Below are positions 17,207 to 27,582 of a stretch of 64,000 nt of DNA, in pieces. The notes beneath the pieces are model-generated. The model ran no database searches. It was not told the origin of the DNA and worked only from the letters and a program-made list of their open reading frames with translations. This stretch comes from Alphaproteobacteria bacterium (GTDB lineage Bacteria > Pseudomonadota > Alphaproteobacteria > Ferrovibrionales > Ferrovibrionaceae). The stretch covers positions 16,261-80,260 of the forward strand of contig JAHCJQ010000002.1 in the NCBI GenBank assembly GCA_026126215.1. The letters run 5' to 3'. Numbering within the stretch: the stretch's first letter is position 1; every line of letters starts with the position of its first letter. Position numbers and translations under genes: made by a program.

Positions 17207-20179
17207 CTATACTCCATGCTGTTGCCCGGACGTCGCGCCGGCTTGCTGATGCCTGAGCCAGGTATCGAAGCTGGCGCGGATGCGCGCCTGCGCTTCCACC
17301 AGGGCCTTTTCCAGCCCGGCGAAGTCACCTGTTCCGCCGACGCTGGCCAGCAGCCGTTCGAGACCGGGGGGCATCCTCGCGCCGTCCTCCCGGCTGTCGA
17401 AGCAGAGGCGCAGCATCGCTTGCAGCGCGCGGAGCAGGAGGGTATCGCGTGCGAGCGCCTCGGCAACCTTTCGGTCGATCTTCCCTGCCGTGCCGAGCCG
17501 CCGGAAGGCCAGCGCGGTATTGCCGGTCACCAGCGCGGGATCGTCGGCGCCGTGCCGAAGCACCAGATACTGTGCAAGGAACTCCGCATCAACCAGCCCG
17601 CCATTTGCGTGCTTGATGTTCCAGGGATCGTCGGTGCCGTGCTGGGCCATCAGTTTCGCGTGCATCTCGAGCACTTCGACGCGCAGCTTGTCCGGATCGC
17701 GCGGGCGCGCCAGGATTTCCGCGAGCAGCGCCTGGCAGCGCGCTCGCAACTCGTCGGGCCCGCCGACGACGCGCCCGCGGGTGAGCGCCATGTGTTCCCA
17801 GGTCCAGGCTTCTTCGCGCTGGTAGCGGGCGAGCCCGTCGAAATGCACCGCGATCGGCCCCTTGTTGCCGGACGGGCGCAGCCGCATGTCCACCTCGTAG
17901 AGCACGCCCTCGCCGGTCAGCGCGGTCAGCGCGTTGATGATGCGCTGGCTCAACCGGGTGAAATACTGGGATGGCGCGAGCTGTGTCCTGCCGTCCGACT
18001 GCTCGGCTTCCGGGTCGTGGTCGTAGACGAAGATCAGGTCGAGGTCGGAACCGAAGGTCATTTCTCCCGCACCGAACTTGCCGAGGCCGATGATGGTCAT
18101 GCCGCCACTCGTGAGGCGGCCGTGCTGGCGGGCGAATTCGCGGCCGACAAAATCGAGCAGATTGCGCAGCACCGCCTCGGCGATCGCGGTGAGCGCGCGC
18201 CCTTCCTCCTCGATATCGATCCGTCGCCTGAGGGCCTGCACGCCCACCTGGAAGCGGCGGTCGTTGGCGAAGCGACGGGTGAAATCCAGGATGTCCTGAA
18301 AATCCCGCGCCGTTTCGAGAAACGTCCGCAGGTCCTCCGTCAGGCGGTCGGCGTCGGGCAGTGGATCGGCGAAGTCGGCCGCCAGCACGTTGTCGAACAA
18401 ACCGGGCTGGCGGCTGAGCCGTTCCGAGAGGCGGGGGGCGCTGCCCATGACCAGGGCGACCAGGTCGAGCAGTTCGGGATTGTTGTAGAAGAGCGAGAAG
18501 AGCTGCACGCCGGCCGGCAGTTTGGACAGGAAGTCGTCGAAGCGGCGGAAGGCATCGTCCGGGCTCGCGGTCCGGGCGAGCGCCTGCAGCAGACGGGGCA
18601 TCAGCGCCGTCAGGAGTTCGCGCGCCCGCACCGAGCGCATCGCCCGGTAGCGGCCATGATGCCAGCCGCGGATCGTGGCGGCGACCATGGAGACCTCGCC
18701 ATAGCCCATGCGGGCGAGCGTGCGGATCGTATCGGGGTCGTCCTCGGTTCCGGTGAAGACGAGGCTGCCTTCCTCGGCGCCGAGATCGGGCGAGGCTTCG
18801 AACAGCGCGGCATAGTGCGCCTGCACCCGCCGCAGCACTTCGGTGAGCGCCACCGAGAATGCCGCCGCGTCGGCAAAGCCAAGGAAGGTGGCAAGGCGCG
18901 AAAGGCCGGCGGTCGTTTCGGGCAAGGTCTGCGTCTGCTCGTCGTCGATCATCTGCAGGCGGTGCTCGACGCGGCGCAGAAACTCGTAGGCCGCGATCAG
19001 CTCGGTCGCGACGGCCTGCTCGAGCCGCCCGGTCTGCACCAGTGCCCGCAGCGCGCCGCAGGTGGTTGAGATGCGAAGCTGGCGGACGCGCCCGCCAAGG
19101 ATGAGCTGCTGGGTCTGGGCGAAGAATTCGATCTCGCGGATGCCGCCCCTGCCGACCTTGATGTTGTGGCCGGGAACGGCGATCTCCGAGTGTCCCTTAT
19201 GCGCATGGATCTGGCGCTTGATGGAATGGATGTCCTCGATCGCCGCGAAATCCAGGTTCTTGCGCCAGACGAAGGGCGCGATGCGCTCGAGGAAGCCGCG
19301 TCCGGCCTCGATGTCGCCGGCGATGGCGCGCGCCTTGATCATGGCGGCGCGTTCCCAGTTCTGGCCAAGGCTCTCGTAATAGGTCTCCGCCGCTTCCATC
19401 GAAATGGCGACCGGTGTAGCCGCCGGATCGGGTCGCAAGCGCAGATCGGTGCGGAAGACATAGCCGTCGGAGGTGCGCTCCTGCATCAGCCGGACCAGCC
19501 CCTGGGTCATGCGGACGAAGAAATCCCGGATCTCGCGCCGGCCACGATAGGGGACCGTCTCCTGGTCGTAGAGGACGATGATGTCGATGTCGCTCGAGTA
19601 GTTCAGTTCGCGCGCGCCAAGCTTGCCCATGGCGATCAGCGCCAGTCCGCTACCATGGCAGGGGTCCGCCGGATCGGGCAGCGCCATGTCGCCCTCGTTG
19701 GCGGCGGCAAGCAGCAGGTGCCCGGCAGCGGCGTGGAGCGCGCCGGCGGCCAGGTCCGAGAGTGCCGCAGTCACCTGTTCGAGCGGCCAGAAGCCGCCGA
19801 TATCGGCGATTGCCGTGAGCAGGGCGACCCGCCGCTTGGCGGCGCGCAGCCTGGCCATCAGATCCGCCAGCGGGGTGGCCGGGCCGGGCAGGCGCTCGAG
19901 CTGCTCGGCGAGCAGCGCATCCGGGTCTTCTTTCAGGATGCGGCCGAAGAAGCGGACATCGCGCACCAGACAGGCGGTGAGGTAGGGGCTGTTGCCGAAC
20001 AGCGCCTCGAGCAGCCGCCTTCCCCGCCGGTCCGCCAACAGTTCCCCGGCAAGCGCGGAGAGTCCCGCATCCTCGGCCTCTGCCACGGCCTCGCCGAATC
20101 GTTCTATGCCGCGCGCCGCCTGGTCGGGATCGTGCGCTTGCGGGAGGTCGCTAAGGCGGTCAAGCAGAAGAACTGGCAT
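17207..20179 (-). CDS. glnE: Bifunctional glutamine synthetase adenylyltransferase/adenylyl-removing enzyme
   Basis: 990 aa with two nucleotidyltransferase cores: GKLGARELNYSSDIDIIVLYD and GLGKFGAGEMTFGSDLDLIFVYD. Confidence 0.9.
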   Translation of the reverse strand: MPVLLLDRLSDLPQAHDPDQAARGIERFGEAVAEAEDAGLSALAGELLADRRGRRLLEALFGNSPYLTACLVRDVRFFGRILKEDPDALLAEQLERLPGPATPLADLMARLRAAKRRVALLTAIADIGGFWPLEQVTAALSDLAAGALHAAAGHLLLAAANEGDMALPDPADPCHGSGLALIAMGKLGARELNYSSDIDIIVLYDQETVPYRGRREIRDFFVRMTQGLVRLMQERTSDGYVFRTDLRLRPDPAATPVAISMEAAETYYESLGQNWERAAMIKARAIAGDIEAGRGFLERIAPFVWRKNLDFAAIEDIHSIKRQIHAHKGHSEIAVPGHNIKVGRGGIREIEFFAQTQQLILGGRVRQLRISTTCGALRALVQTGRLEQAVATELIAAYEFLRRVEHRLQMIDDEQTQTLPETTAGLSRLATFLGFADAAAFSVALTEVLRRVQAHYAALFEASPDLGAEEGSLVFTGTEDDPDTIRTLARMGYGEVSMVAATIRGWHHGRYRAMRSVRARELLTALMPRLLQALARTASPDDAFRRFDDFLSKLPAGVQLFSLFYNNPELLDLVALVMGSAPRLSERLSRQPGLFDNVLAADFADPLPDADRLTEDLRTFLETARDFQDILDFTRRFANDRRFQVGVQALRRRIDIEEEGRALTAIAEAVLRNLLDFVGREFARQHGRLTSGGMTIIGLGKFGAGEMTFGSDLDLIFVYDHDPEAEQSDGRTQLAPSQYFTRLSQRIINALTALTGEGVLYEVDMRLRPSGNKGPIAVHFDGLARYQREEAWTWEHMALTRGRVVGGPDELRARCQALLAEILARPRDPDKLRVEVLEMHAKLMAQHGTDDPWNIKHANGGLVDAEFLAQYLVLRHGADDPALVTGNTALAFRRLGTAGKIDRKVAEALARDTLLLRALQAMLRLCFDSREDGARMPPGLERLLASVGGTGDFAGLEKALVEAQARIRASFDTWLRHQQAGATSGQQHGV

Positions 20180-20249
20180 TTCCGGCCATTACTGATAATT
20201 GAATAAGGCGGAGGGGCGCTCTTGCGGTAGAATCCACTATATCGACACG

Positions 20250-23200
20250 ATGGCGGGGCGGACCCTGGTGATTTTCAAGGCGAGCCGGATGATCTTCAAG
20301 CTGATCGCGGCGTTGTTCGCCGCGACGGCCATCCTGTTCGCCGCCCTGGCCTGGCGGCTGCAGGCGGGACCGATCTCGCTCGCCTTTCTCACCCCTTATT
20401 TGAACGAAGCCCTCTCCATCGGCAATGCCGGATTTCGCGCCGAGGTCGAAGATACGGTTCTGCGCTGGGAGGGATGGGCGCGCACCCTCGGCATCCAGGC
20501 GGTGAACGTGCGGCTGCTGCGCGGGGACGGCTCGCTGATTGCAGCGGTACCCCGCCTCAATCTCGATCTCAGCGCCCGCGCGCTCCTGGAGGGGCAGCTT
20601 GCGCCCACGGAAATCGCCATCATTGGCGTGACTGCGATCCTGACGCGGCGCGCCGACGGGCGGTTCGATTTCGGACTGGTGTCGAGCGAGGGCGCTTCAT
20701 CCTCGGGCAACGTGCTGGCGCTGCTGGTGGACCAGTTGAGCCGGCCGCGCGGCGAGGGGCTCGCCGGCCGGCTCGAGCGGGCAAGCATTCTCGATGCAGA
20801 CCTCACCCTGGTCGACGAACGGGCCGATTCGCTCTGGCGGGCGCCGCAGGCCCGACTGATCCTCTGGCGGGCGGCAGACCGGGTCCAGGTCGACCTGGAT
20901 GCCGATCTCGATCTGGACGGGCAGCCGGCCAAGCTGGTGGCGCTTGGCACTTTCGATCCGGCGAGCGGCGGGCTCGGTCTCCGGATCGCCTTCCGCGACC
21001 TGCCGCCGAGGCATATCGCCGAGCGGCTGGCGCTGCCAGACGAGGTTTCGGCGCTCGACCTGCCGGTTTCCGGTTCGATCGGTTTCAGCCTTGATGCGGC
21101 CGGCAACTTTTCGGCGGTCGATTTCGACATCTCGGGCGGTGCCGGCCGGCTGTCGCTGGCGCAGCTTCGCCCCGAGCCCTACGAGGTGCGAAGCCTGCGC
21201 CTGCGCGGCAAGCTTTCCGACGCGCTCGATCGCGCCCTGATCGAGGAAGCGCGGGTCGAACTCGGCGATGTCGTGCTGAGCCTGGCCGGGACCATGCAGT
21301 ATACGGCGGAGCGCGGTTTCGGTTTCGACGTCAAGGGCAGTTTCCCGACGCTGCCGACGGACGGGTTGATCGCGCACTGGCCGCCGACGTTGGCGCGCGA
21401 TGCGCGCGCCTGGATTGCGCAGAACATCGCGGGAGGCAAGGTGCAGGATGCAGTGCTGCGCGCTCGGGTCACGCCGGAGATGGTGCGCGACGGCAGGCTG
21501 CCGGCGGATGCGATCACCCTCGATTTCGCCTTCGAGGGGCTGCAGGTTCAGTATTTTCGCGGGTTTCCCAGGCTGACCGACACGCGCGGGCAGGCCAGGC
21601 TCAACGTCAAGAGCCTCGACCTCACCATGGAAAAGGGCGTGGTGGAGCGCCTCGCCGTGGAAAGGAGCCGGCTGCTCATCACCGGCCTCGACGTCAAGGA
21701 CCAGGACGCCGAAATCGACATCGTGGTGCGCGGCAGCGCGCCCGAGGCGCTGGCCCTGATCGACCGCGAGCCGCTTCGCCTGGCGACGGGCCTCGGCATT
21801 TCGCCGGCCGAAGTGGGCGGCGAGGCGGTGGTTACTGCCCGCTTCCGCTTCCCGCTGGAGAAGGACCTGGAACTCGACGAAGTCGATGTGCGCGCCAGCG
21901 CCGAACTGCGCGCCGTGTCGATCGAGAAGATTTTCGACCGCTTCCGCGTGAGTGAGGGCACCCTGGCGCTGAAAGTCGACAAGTCGATGCTGGAGGTGGC
22001 TGGCGACATCCGTCTCAACCAGGTCCCGGTCAAGATCCGCTGGCTGGAGAACTTCGATGGCAAGGCGGCGTTCTCCAGCCGCTACAGCCTGGCCGGCCGG
22101 CTGGACGATGCCGGTCGGGCGGCGCTCGGCCTGCAGGCCGGCGGCTACCTGTCTGGCCCGGTGCCGATCGAGACGGAAGTGGAGATGATGCGCGGTGGCG
22201 GCCTGCGGGTCCGGGGTCGGGCCAACCTGACCGAGGCCGAGATCCGCATCGATCAGGCGCGCTGGCGCAAGCCGGCCGGTGTGGCGGGACGCGGGGAGTT
22301 CCGCATCGCCGCGTCCGGCGAGAACGTGGAGCTGCAGAGCGTCCGGCTGGAGGGCGAGGGATTTGCGGTCGCCGGCCGGATTGGCCTGCGGGATGGCAGC
22401 CTGATGGAGGCGGAGTTTCCGGAGCTGCGTTTCGGCAGGAGCGAGGTCGCACTTTCGCTCGGCCGTCCGGCGCCGGACCTGATCCAGGTGAAGATCACGG
22501 GGCGTAGCCTGGATCTCAGGCCCTATTTCGAGAACTACCATGTCATGGAGGAGCCGGAACCCGGTGGGCCTGCCGGCAATGGCCAGTCGCTGGATGTGGA
22601 GGCCCGCCTGGAGCGGGTGCTGTTCACCGACGACATGGTCCTGGATGGTGTCGATATCCTCGCCGCGAGGCGCGATGGCGTCTGGAACCGGATCGAGGCG
22701 GGTGGCGCACTCGGTAATCGGCAGGCCGTGACCCTGCGCCTGGCGCCGGCCGAGGGACGGCGGCATGTGCGGCTGGATGCCGGCGATGCCGGCCGCGTCG
22801 TGCGGGCGCTTGGCATTTCCGACAGCGTCAGCGGCGGCACGCTCGAACTCAAGGCGGAGATCCGCGACGACAAGCCCAATGCGCCGGTCGAAGGCCGCCT
22901 GCGGCTTCAGGATTTCAAGCTGGTCAACGCGCCGCTGCTGGCCAAGATCCTGAATATCGCTTCCTTCGCCGGCATCGGCCAACTCCTTACCGGGGAAGGC
23001 ATCGCGTTCGTCCGGGCAGAAGTGCCGTTCACGCTGGAGAACAACGTCCTGCGGCTGCAGGACGGTCGCGCCTGGGGTTCGGCCATGGGCTTCACCGGCA
23101 CCGGCAATGTCGATTTCCGGCGCGGCGAGATGGCGCTCAACGGCACCATCGTCCCCTCCTATACGATCAACAGCCTGCTCGGCTATATCCCGCTTCTGGG

Positions 23201-23417
23201 CCGGGTCTTCACCAGCCGCGAGGGCGAGGGGCTGTTCGGCGCCGTCTACCAGGTGCAGGGACCGATCAGCGAGCCAAAGGTCACGGTCAACCCGCTTTCG
23301 GCACTGGCGCCTGGCATCCTGCGGCGGATGTTCGAGCCCTGGGAGACCGATGGCTCGAAGCAGCCTAACGGCCCGCGCCCCGATTTCGAGCCGAGCCCCC
23401 AGGTCGGCGGCAATTGA
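20250..23417 (+). CDS. AsmA/YhdP-like large envelope protein (DUF3971-type)
   Basis: About 1050-aa ORF with a single N-terminal TM helix (MIFKLIAALFAATAILFAALAW), a long beta-rich body and a C-terminal AsmA-like region (LRLQDFKLVNAPLLAKILNIASFAGI). The start is uncertain: TTG 20199, ATG 20250 or ATG 20289. Confidence 0.7.
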   Translation: MAGRTLVIFKASRMIFKLIAALFAATAILFAALAWRLQAGPISLAFLTPYLNEALSIGNAGFRAEVEDTVLRWEGWARTLGIQAVNVRLLRGDGSLIAAVPRLNLDLSARALLEGQLAPTEIAIIGVTAILTRRADGRFDFGLVSSEGASSSGNVLALLVDQLSRPRGEGLAGRLERASILDADLTLVDERADSLWRAPQARLILWRAADRVQVDLDADLDLDGQPAKLVALGTFDPASGGLGLRIAFRDLPPRHIAERLALPDEVSALDLPVSGSIGFSLDAAGNFSAVDFDISGGAGRLSLAQLRPEPYEVRSLRLRGKLSDALDRALIEEARVELGDVVLSLAGTMQYTAERGFGFDVKGSFPTLPTDGLIAHWPPTLARDARAWIAQNIAGGKVQDAVLRARVTPEMVRDGRLPADAITLDFAFEGLQVQYFRGFPRLTDTRGQARLNVKSLDLTMEKGVVERLAVERSRLLITGLDVKDQDAEIDIVVRGSAPEALALIDREPLRLATGLGISPAEVGGEAVVTARFRFPLEKDLELDEVDVRASAELRAVSIEKIFDRFRVSEGTLALKVDKSMLEVAGDIRLNQVPVKIRWLENFDGKAAFSSRYSLAGRLDDAGRAALGLQAGGYLSGPVPIETEVEMMRGGGLRVRGRANLTEAEIRIDQARWRKPAGVAGRGEFRIAASGENVELQSVRLEGEGFAVAGRIGLRDGSLMEAEFPELRFGRSEVALSLGRPAPDLIQVKITGRSLDLRPYFENYHVMEEPEPGGPAGNGQSLDVEARLERVLFTDDMVLDGVDILAARRDGVWNRIEAGGALGNRQAVTLRLAPAEGRRHVRLDAGDAGRVVRALGISDSVSGGTLELKAEIRDDKPNAPVEGRLRLQDFKLVNAPLLAKILNIASFAGIGQLLTGEGIAFVRAEVPFTLENNVLRLQDGRAWGSAMGFTGTGNVDFRRGEMALNGTIVPSYTINSLLGYIPLLGRVFTSREGEGLFGAVYQVQGPISEPKVTVNPLSALAPGILRRMFEPWETDGSKQPNGPRPDFEPSPQVGGN

Positions 23418-23432
23418 AGTGCGGCCGCGTTC

Positions 23433-24710
23433 TCAGCCGCCCTGGCGCGCTGCCAGATAAACCGAGAACTTGGCCTTTTTGCCTACCTCGACAGGGATGA
23501 AGCCGAAGCGCGCGAAGCCTTGTTCGTCGAAGCGGTAGGACGGGTCGGTCACGACCTCGCCATGGACCCGCACCTGACCGTCGCGGATCAGGTTCTTGGC
23601 GATCGAGTTGTTGGCCGAGACCTGCGCCTCCACCATGGCGCGAGCCAGCGGAAAGGCCGCTGTCTCGATCTCCACCCGTTTCCAGCCACCGGCCACGGCG
23701 CCGAGATCCTCGCGCCCGGCCGGCGCTTCGAAGGTGCGGCGCGCCAGGGCCGCGGCATCTTCCGCTGCGGCGCGGCCGTGACAGAGGGCCGTCGTTTCGG
23801 TCGCCAGCAGCTTCTTGGCTTCGTTCAGCTCCTGCCCTTCCAGGCGCTCAAGTCTGGCGATCTCGCCGAGCGGCAACTCGGTGAAGAGCCGCAGGAAGCG
23901 CCCGACATCGCGGTCCTCCGTATTGCGCCAGAACTGCCAGTAATCGAAGGGCGCAAGCTGCTCGGCATTGAGCCAGACCGCGCCCTGCGCCGTCTTGCCC
24001 ATCTTGGCGCCGCTTGCCGTGGTGATCAGATGGGAGGTCAGGCCGAACAGCGAAGCATCGGCCACCCTGCGGCCCAGTTCGACGCCGTTGACGATGTTGC
24101 CCCACTGGTCGGAGCCGCCCATCTGCAGCACGCAGCCATGCCGCCGGTGGAGTTCGACGAAATCGTAAGCCTGCAGGATCATGTAGTTGAATTCGAGGAA
24201 GGTCATCGGCTGCTCGCGCTCGAGGCGCAGCTTGACGCTGTCGAAGCTCAGCATGCGGTTGACCGAGAAATGCCGGCCGTACTCGCGCAGGAAGCCGATA
24301 TATTCCAGCCGGTCGAGCCAGTCGGCGTTGTTCACCATGACCGCGTCGGTCGGGCCCTCGCCAAAGGTCAGATACTTGGCGAAGATGCGCTGGATGCCCG
24401 CCATGTTGGCGGCGATTTCCGCCTCACTCAGCAGTTTCCGGCTCTCGTCGCGGCCGGTCGGGTCGCCGACCTTGGTGGTGCCGCCGCCCATGAGCACGAT
24501 CGGCTTGTGGCCGCTTTGCTGCAGGTGGCGGAGAAGCATGATCTGCACCAGACTGCCCACATGCAGGCTCGGCGCCGTGCAGTCGAAGCCGATATAGGCG
24601 ACGATGCAGCCGGCCCTGGCACGCTCATCCAATGCCGCAAGGTCGGTGCACTGGTGCACGAAACCGCGCTCTTGCAGCCGTTGCAGAAAGTCGGAACTGG
24701 GCATCGTCAT
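23433..24710 (-). CDS. tyrS: Tyrosine--tRNA ligase
   Basis: Start at ATG 24710 ([17 protein letters not shown]). HIGH-type region [14 protein letters not shown]-type motif AKMGKT and a C-terminal S4-like domain. Confidence 0.9.
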   Translation of the reverse strand: MTMPSSDFLQRLQERGFVHQCTDLAALDERARAGCIVAYIGFDCTAPSLHVGSLVQIMLLRHLQQSGHKPIVLMGGGTTKVGDPTGRDESRKLLSEAEIAANMAGIQRIFAKYLTFGEGPTDAVMVNNADWLDRLEYIGFLREYGRHFSVNRMLSFDSVKLRLEREQPMTFLEFNYMILQAYDFVELHRRHGCVLQMGGSDQWGNIVNGVELGRRVADASLFGLTSHLITTASGAKMGKTAQGAVWLNAEQLAPFDYWQFWRNTEDRDVGRFLRLFTELPLGEIARLERLEGQELNEAKKLLATETTALCHGRAAAEDAAALARRTFEAPAGREDLGAVAGGWKRVEIETAAFPLARAMVEAQVSANNSIAKNLIRDGQVRVHGEVVTDPSYRFDEQGFARFGFIPVEVGKKAKFSVYLAARQGG

Positions 24711-24787
24711 GGCCGGCCTGCTGGTTTTCGGAAGGCCGGTGGTGTAGCACAAAGGCCCGGATATCGAAAGAGGAGGCGGACCCTGCC

Positions 24788-25864
24788 ATGTGGGCGTTGG
24801 GCATGATGAGCGGCACATCGATGGACGGCGTGGACGCGGCTCTGATCGAGAGCGATGGCGAGCGCGTCCACGAGTTGGGGCCGTGGATCAGCCGCCCCTA
24901 TCCGGACGGGTTTCGCCGCCGGTTGCGCGCCATCCTTGGCGGCGAGGGCGACGTGGCTGGCGTCGAGCGTGAACTGACCGACCTTCATGCGCAGACCGCC
25001 CGCGAACTCCTGGCGGCCTGGGGCCGGCCGCGGGACCAGGTCGGCGTCGTCGGCTTTCATGGCCATACGATCCTCCACCGGCCGGAAGAGGGGCGGACAT
25101 GGCAGATCGGCGATGGGCCGCGCCTTGCAGCCGCGCTCGGCATCGATGTAGTCAACGACCTGCGCCAGGCGGACGTGGCGGCGGGCGGGCAGGGCGCGCC
25201 TCTGGCTCCCGTTTATCACCGCGCGCTGGCGCGCGATCTTTCCCGCCCGCTCGCGGTGCTCAATATCGGCGGCGTCGCCAACGTGACCGTGATCGACAGC
25301 AGCGGCGGGATGCTTGCCTTCGATACCGGTCCGGGCAACGCGCTGATCGACGACTGGCTGCTGCGCCATACTGGCCGGGCGATGGACGAGGGTGGCGCGG
25401 TCGCTTCTGCCGGACGGGTGGACAACTCCGCCCTCGCGCAACTCCTCGATCACCCCTATTTCGACCGACCGCCGCCCAAATCCCTCGATCGGGACGACTT
25501 TTCGGCCCGGCCGCTGGCGGGGCTCTCGCTCGCCGACGGGGCGGCCACGCTGGTCGCCTTCAGCGCTGCCGCGGTGGCGCGCGCCCTTGCCCATGTCGCT
25601 GAACCGCCCGGGCGATGGCTGGTCTGCGGCGGCGGCCGGCACAACCCGGCCCTGATGGCGGCGCTCGCCCGGACGTTGCGCGCCCCGGTCGATCCGGTGG
25701 AGGCGGTGGGATGGCGCGGCGATGCGCTGGAAGCGGAAGCCTTCGCCTTCCTGGCCATTCGCCATCTGCTCGGGCTGCCGGTAAGCTTCCCCGGGACAAC
25801 TGGCGCACCGCAGCCGATGACGGGCGGCCGGCGACACACGGCGGCCGGCGTCGCCTCGTCCTAG
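24788..25864 (+). CDS. anmK: Anhydro-N-acetylmuramic acid kinase
   Basis: [21 protein letters not shown] is the N-terminal AnmK signature. The gene is divergent from tyrS across 77 nt. Confidence 0.85.
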   Translation: MWALGMMSGTSMDGVDAALIESDGERVHELGPWISRPYPDGFRRRLRAILGGEGDVAGVERELTDLHAQTARELLAAWGRPRDQVGVVGFHGHTILHRPEEGRTWQIGDGPRLAAALGIDVVNDLRQADVAAGGQGAPLAPVYHRALARDLSRPLAVLNIGGVANVTVIDSSGGMLAFDTGPGNALIDDWLLRHTGRAMDEGGAVASAGRVDNSALAQLLDHPYFDRPPPKSLDRDDFSARPLAGLSLADGAATLVAFSAAAVARALAHVAEPPGRWLVCGGGRHNPALMAALARTLRAPVDPVEAVGWRGDALEAEAFAFLAIRHLLGLPVSFPGTTGAPQPMTGGRRHTAAGVASS

Positions 25865-26514
25865 GACGCCTTTGCCGTCAGCAGGGCGCGCTTCAGATAC
25901 TCTTCGATGGTGGCGCCGAGAACCTCCTGCTCGTTCTCGAAGAAGTGGCTGGCGCCCTTGATCGGCCGATACTCGACCGTGATATCCCGCTGGTTTGCCA
26001 GGCGGTTGGCGAGTTTCTGTACGTCCGCTTCCGCGACAAGCTGATCGGACGTCCCGTGGATGATCAGGCCGGACGAGGGGCAGGGCGCGAGAAACGTGAA
26101 ATCGAACAGACTGGCCGGCGGCGCCACCGAAATGAAGCCCGCCAGTTCCGGACGGCGCATGAGAAGCTGCATGCCGATCCAGGCGCCGAAAGAGAAGCCC
26201 GATATCCAGCAGGCCGAGGCATTGGCGTTCATCGCCTGCATCCAGTCGAGCGCGGCTGCGGCGTCGGCGAGTTCGCCCGGACCGCCGTCATAGATCCCCT
26301 GGCTGCGGCCGACGCCGCGGAAATTGAAACGCAGCACCGAGAAGCCGCGGCGCGCGAAAGCGTGGAAGATGGTGAAGACCACCTTGTTGTTCATGGTCCC
26401 GCCATACTGGGGATGCGGGTGCAGGACCAGCGCGAGCGGGGCGGAGCTGTCGGCTGAGGGGTGGTAGCGGCCTTCCAGTCGTCCGTCCGGTCCGTTGAAG
26501 ATCACGTCGGGCAT
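25861..26514 (-). CDS. Alpha/beta hydrolase (small conserved esterase-like protein)
   Basis: LALVLHPHPQYGGTMNNKVV...RFNFRGVGRSQG...GFSFGA nucleophile elbow. The ATG 26514 start (MPDVIFNGP) is preferred over TTG 26562. Confidence 0.7.
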   Translation of the reverse strand: MPDVIFNGPDGRLEGRYHPSADSSAPLALVLHPHPQYGGTMNNKVVFTIFHAFARRGFSVLRFNFRGVGRSQGIYDGGPGELADAAAALDWMQAMNANASACWISGFSFGAWIGMQLLMRRPELAGFISVAPPASLFDFTFLAPCPSSGLIIHGTSDQLVAEADVQKLANRLANQRDITVEYRPIKGASHFFENEQEVLGATIEEYLKRALLTAKAS

Positions 26515-26560
26515 GTTTTCTCGCGCAACTCGTGAATCCGGGAGATTTTTTTCCTGTCGC

Positions 26561-26585
26561 AAATCCGACTTATCCGGTCGGATAA
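26561..26585. promoter_or_regulatory. Candidate IscR (Rrf2) type-1-like operator, distal box
   Basis: AAATCCGACTTATCCGGTCGGATAA contains the 7-7-7 palindrome ATCCGAC-N7-GTCGGAT. By my count it matches 18/25 positions of the IscR type-1 consensus as I recall it (ATASYYGACTRWWWYAGTCRRSTAT). Confidence 0.35.
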
Positions 26586-26627
26586 TTCAGGAGCGACGCG
26601 CAGGAAAGCAATGATCTCCCGGGGGTT

Positions 26628-26652
26628 AAACTTGACTAAACTGGTCAACAAT
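26628..26652. promoter_or_regulatory. Candidate IscR type-1 operator, proximal box overlapping the -35 element upstream of cysE
   Basis: AAACTTGACTAAACTGGTCAACAAT matches 21/25 positions of the recalled type-1 consensus. It has the same GACT-N5-GGTC core as the distal box. Confidence 0.5.
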
Positions 26653-26659
26653 CTATGTT
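26632..26659 (+). promoter_or_regulatory. Sigma-70-like promoter candidate for the cysE-isc transcription unit
   Basis: TTGACT (26632-26637), a 16-nt spacer, then TATGTT (26654-26659). Only 37 nt separate the cysE stop from the iscR start, so co-transcription is plausible. Confidence 0.35.
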
Positions 26660-26747
26660 TAGCAGTGATCAGGCCGGTTTCGGACGGCGCAGGTGGACCG
26701 CCATGGCGTGGCCCAGCCAGCCCGCGCAGATGGCGGCGGAGCATAAC

Positions 26748-27545
26748 ATGACGGCGGCGGCTATGTTCAAGCGTCTTCGAGATGATATCGACTCGATAAT
26801 GGCTCGCGATCCCTCGGCCCGCTCGCGGCTGGAGGTGCTGCTCTGTTTCCCTGGCCTTCATGCGGTGATGTTCCATCGTCCCGCTCATTGGCTCTGGGAG
26901 AACGGCTTCCGGACCCCGGCGCGTTTCATCGCCAATGTCAGCCGCATCCTGACCGGCATCGACATCCATCCGGGCGCCACCATCGGCCGGCGGCTCTTTA
27001 TCGATCATGGCGTGGGCACCGTGATCGGCGAAACCGCCGAGATCGGCGATGGCGTCACCATGTATCAGGACGTGACGCTGGGCGGCACGTCGCCGTCGGT
27101 GAACGCCCGCGCCCAGGTCAATCTGAAGCGGCATCCGACGATCCGCGACAATGCCATCGTGAGTTCCGGGGCGCAGGTTCTGGGACCGATCACGGTCGGC
27201 GAGGGCGCGATCGTCGGAGCCAACGCGGTGGTATTGAAGGACGTGCCCGATCAGGCGCGCGTCGTCGGCATTCCGGCTCGCGCCGTGGGCAAGCCGAAAG
27301 CGCCCCCGAGCGAGGAATTCTGCCCCTATGGCGTCACCGGCGAGGTGGTCGATCCGCAGGCGCGCCTGATCGAGAGCCTGACCGAGCGTCTGCATGCGCT
27401 GAACGCGCGGGTCGGACAGCTCGAGCAGTTGCTGGCCGCGCGTGGCGGCGCGGTGGCAGGTCGCGGTGCCGAGGCAATCGATGCGGTGAACGGCAACGGC
27501 GCGGCGCAGCAGCATCGCGACGCGGCCCTGAGCGAACTCAAATAG
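26748..27545 (+). CDS. cysE: Serine O-acetyltransferase
   Basis: [35 protein letters not shown], followed by hexapeptide repeats [38 protein letters not shown]. The start is ATG 26748 (GGAG 6 nt upstream) or ATG 26763. Confidence 0.85.
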   Translation: MTAAAMFKRLRDDIDSIMARDPSARSRLEVLLCFPGLHAVMFHRPAHWLWENGFRTPARFIANVSRILTGIDIHPGATIGRRLFIDHGVGTVIGETAEIGDGVTMYQDVTLGGTSPSVNARAQVNLKRHPTIRDNAIVSSGAQVLGPITVGEGAIVGANAVVLKDVPDQARVVGIPARAVGKPKAPPSEEFCPYGVTGEVVDPQARLIESLTERLHALNARVGQLEQLLAARGGAVAGRGAEAIDAVNGNGAAQQHRDAALSELK

Positions 27546-27582
27546 GCGCCGGGCAGACGGTCATGTTGGAAGGAGTGGCAAG

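Noticed and set aside
16469-20206. 866-aa and 346-aa plus-strand ORFs opposite glnE and bcp.
   Set aside because: Both are antisense to well-supported genes, and no domain signatures are present. They are artefacts of GC3 bias on the opposite strand.
20697-22982. 761-aa minus-strand ORF inside the AsmA/YhdP-like gene.
   Set aside because: This is a shadow ORF. The plus-strand frame has the N-terminal anchor and the AsmA-like C-terminus, and it is flanked by sensible gene boundaries.
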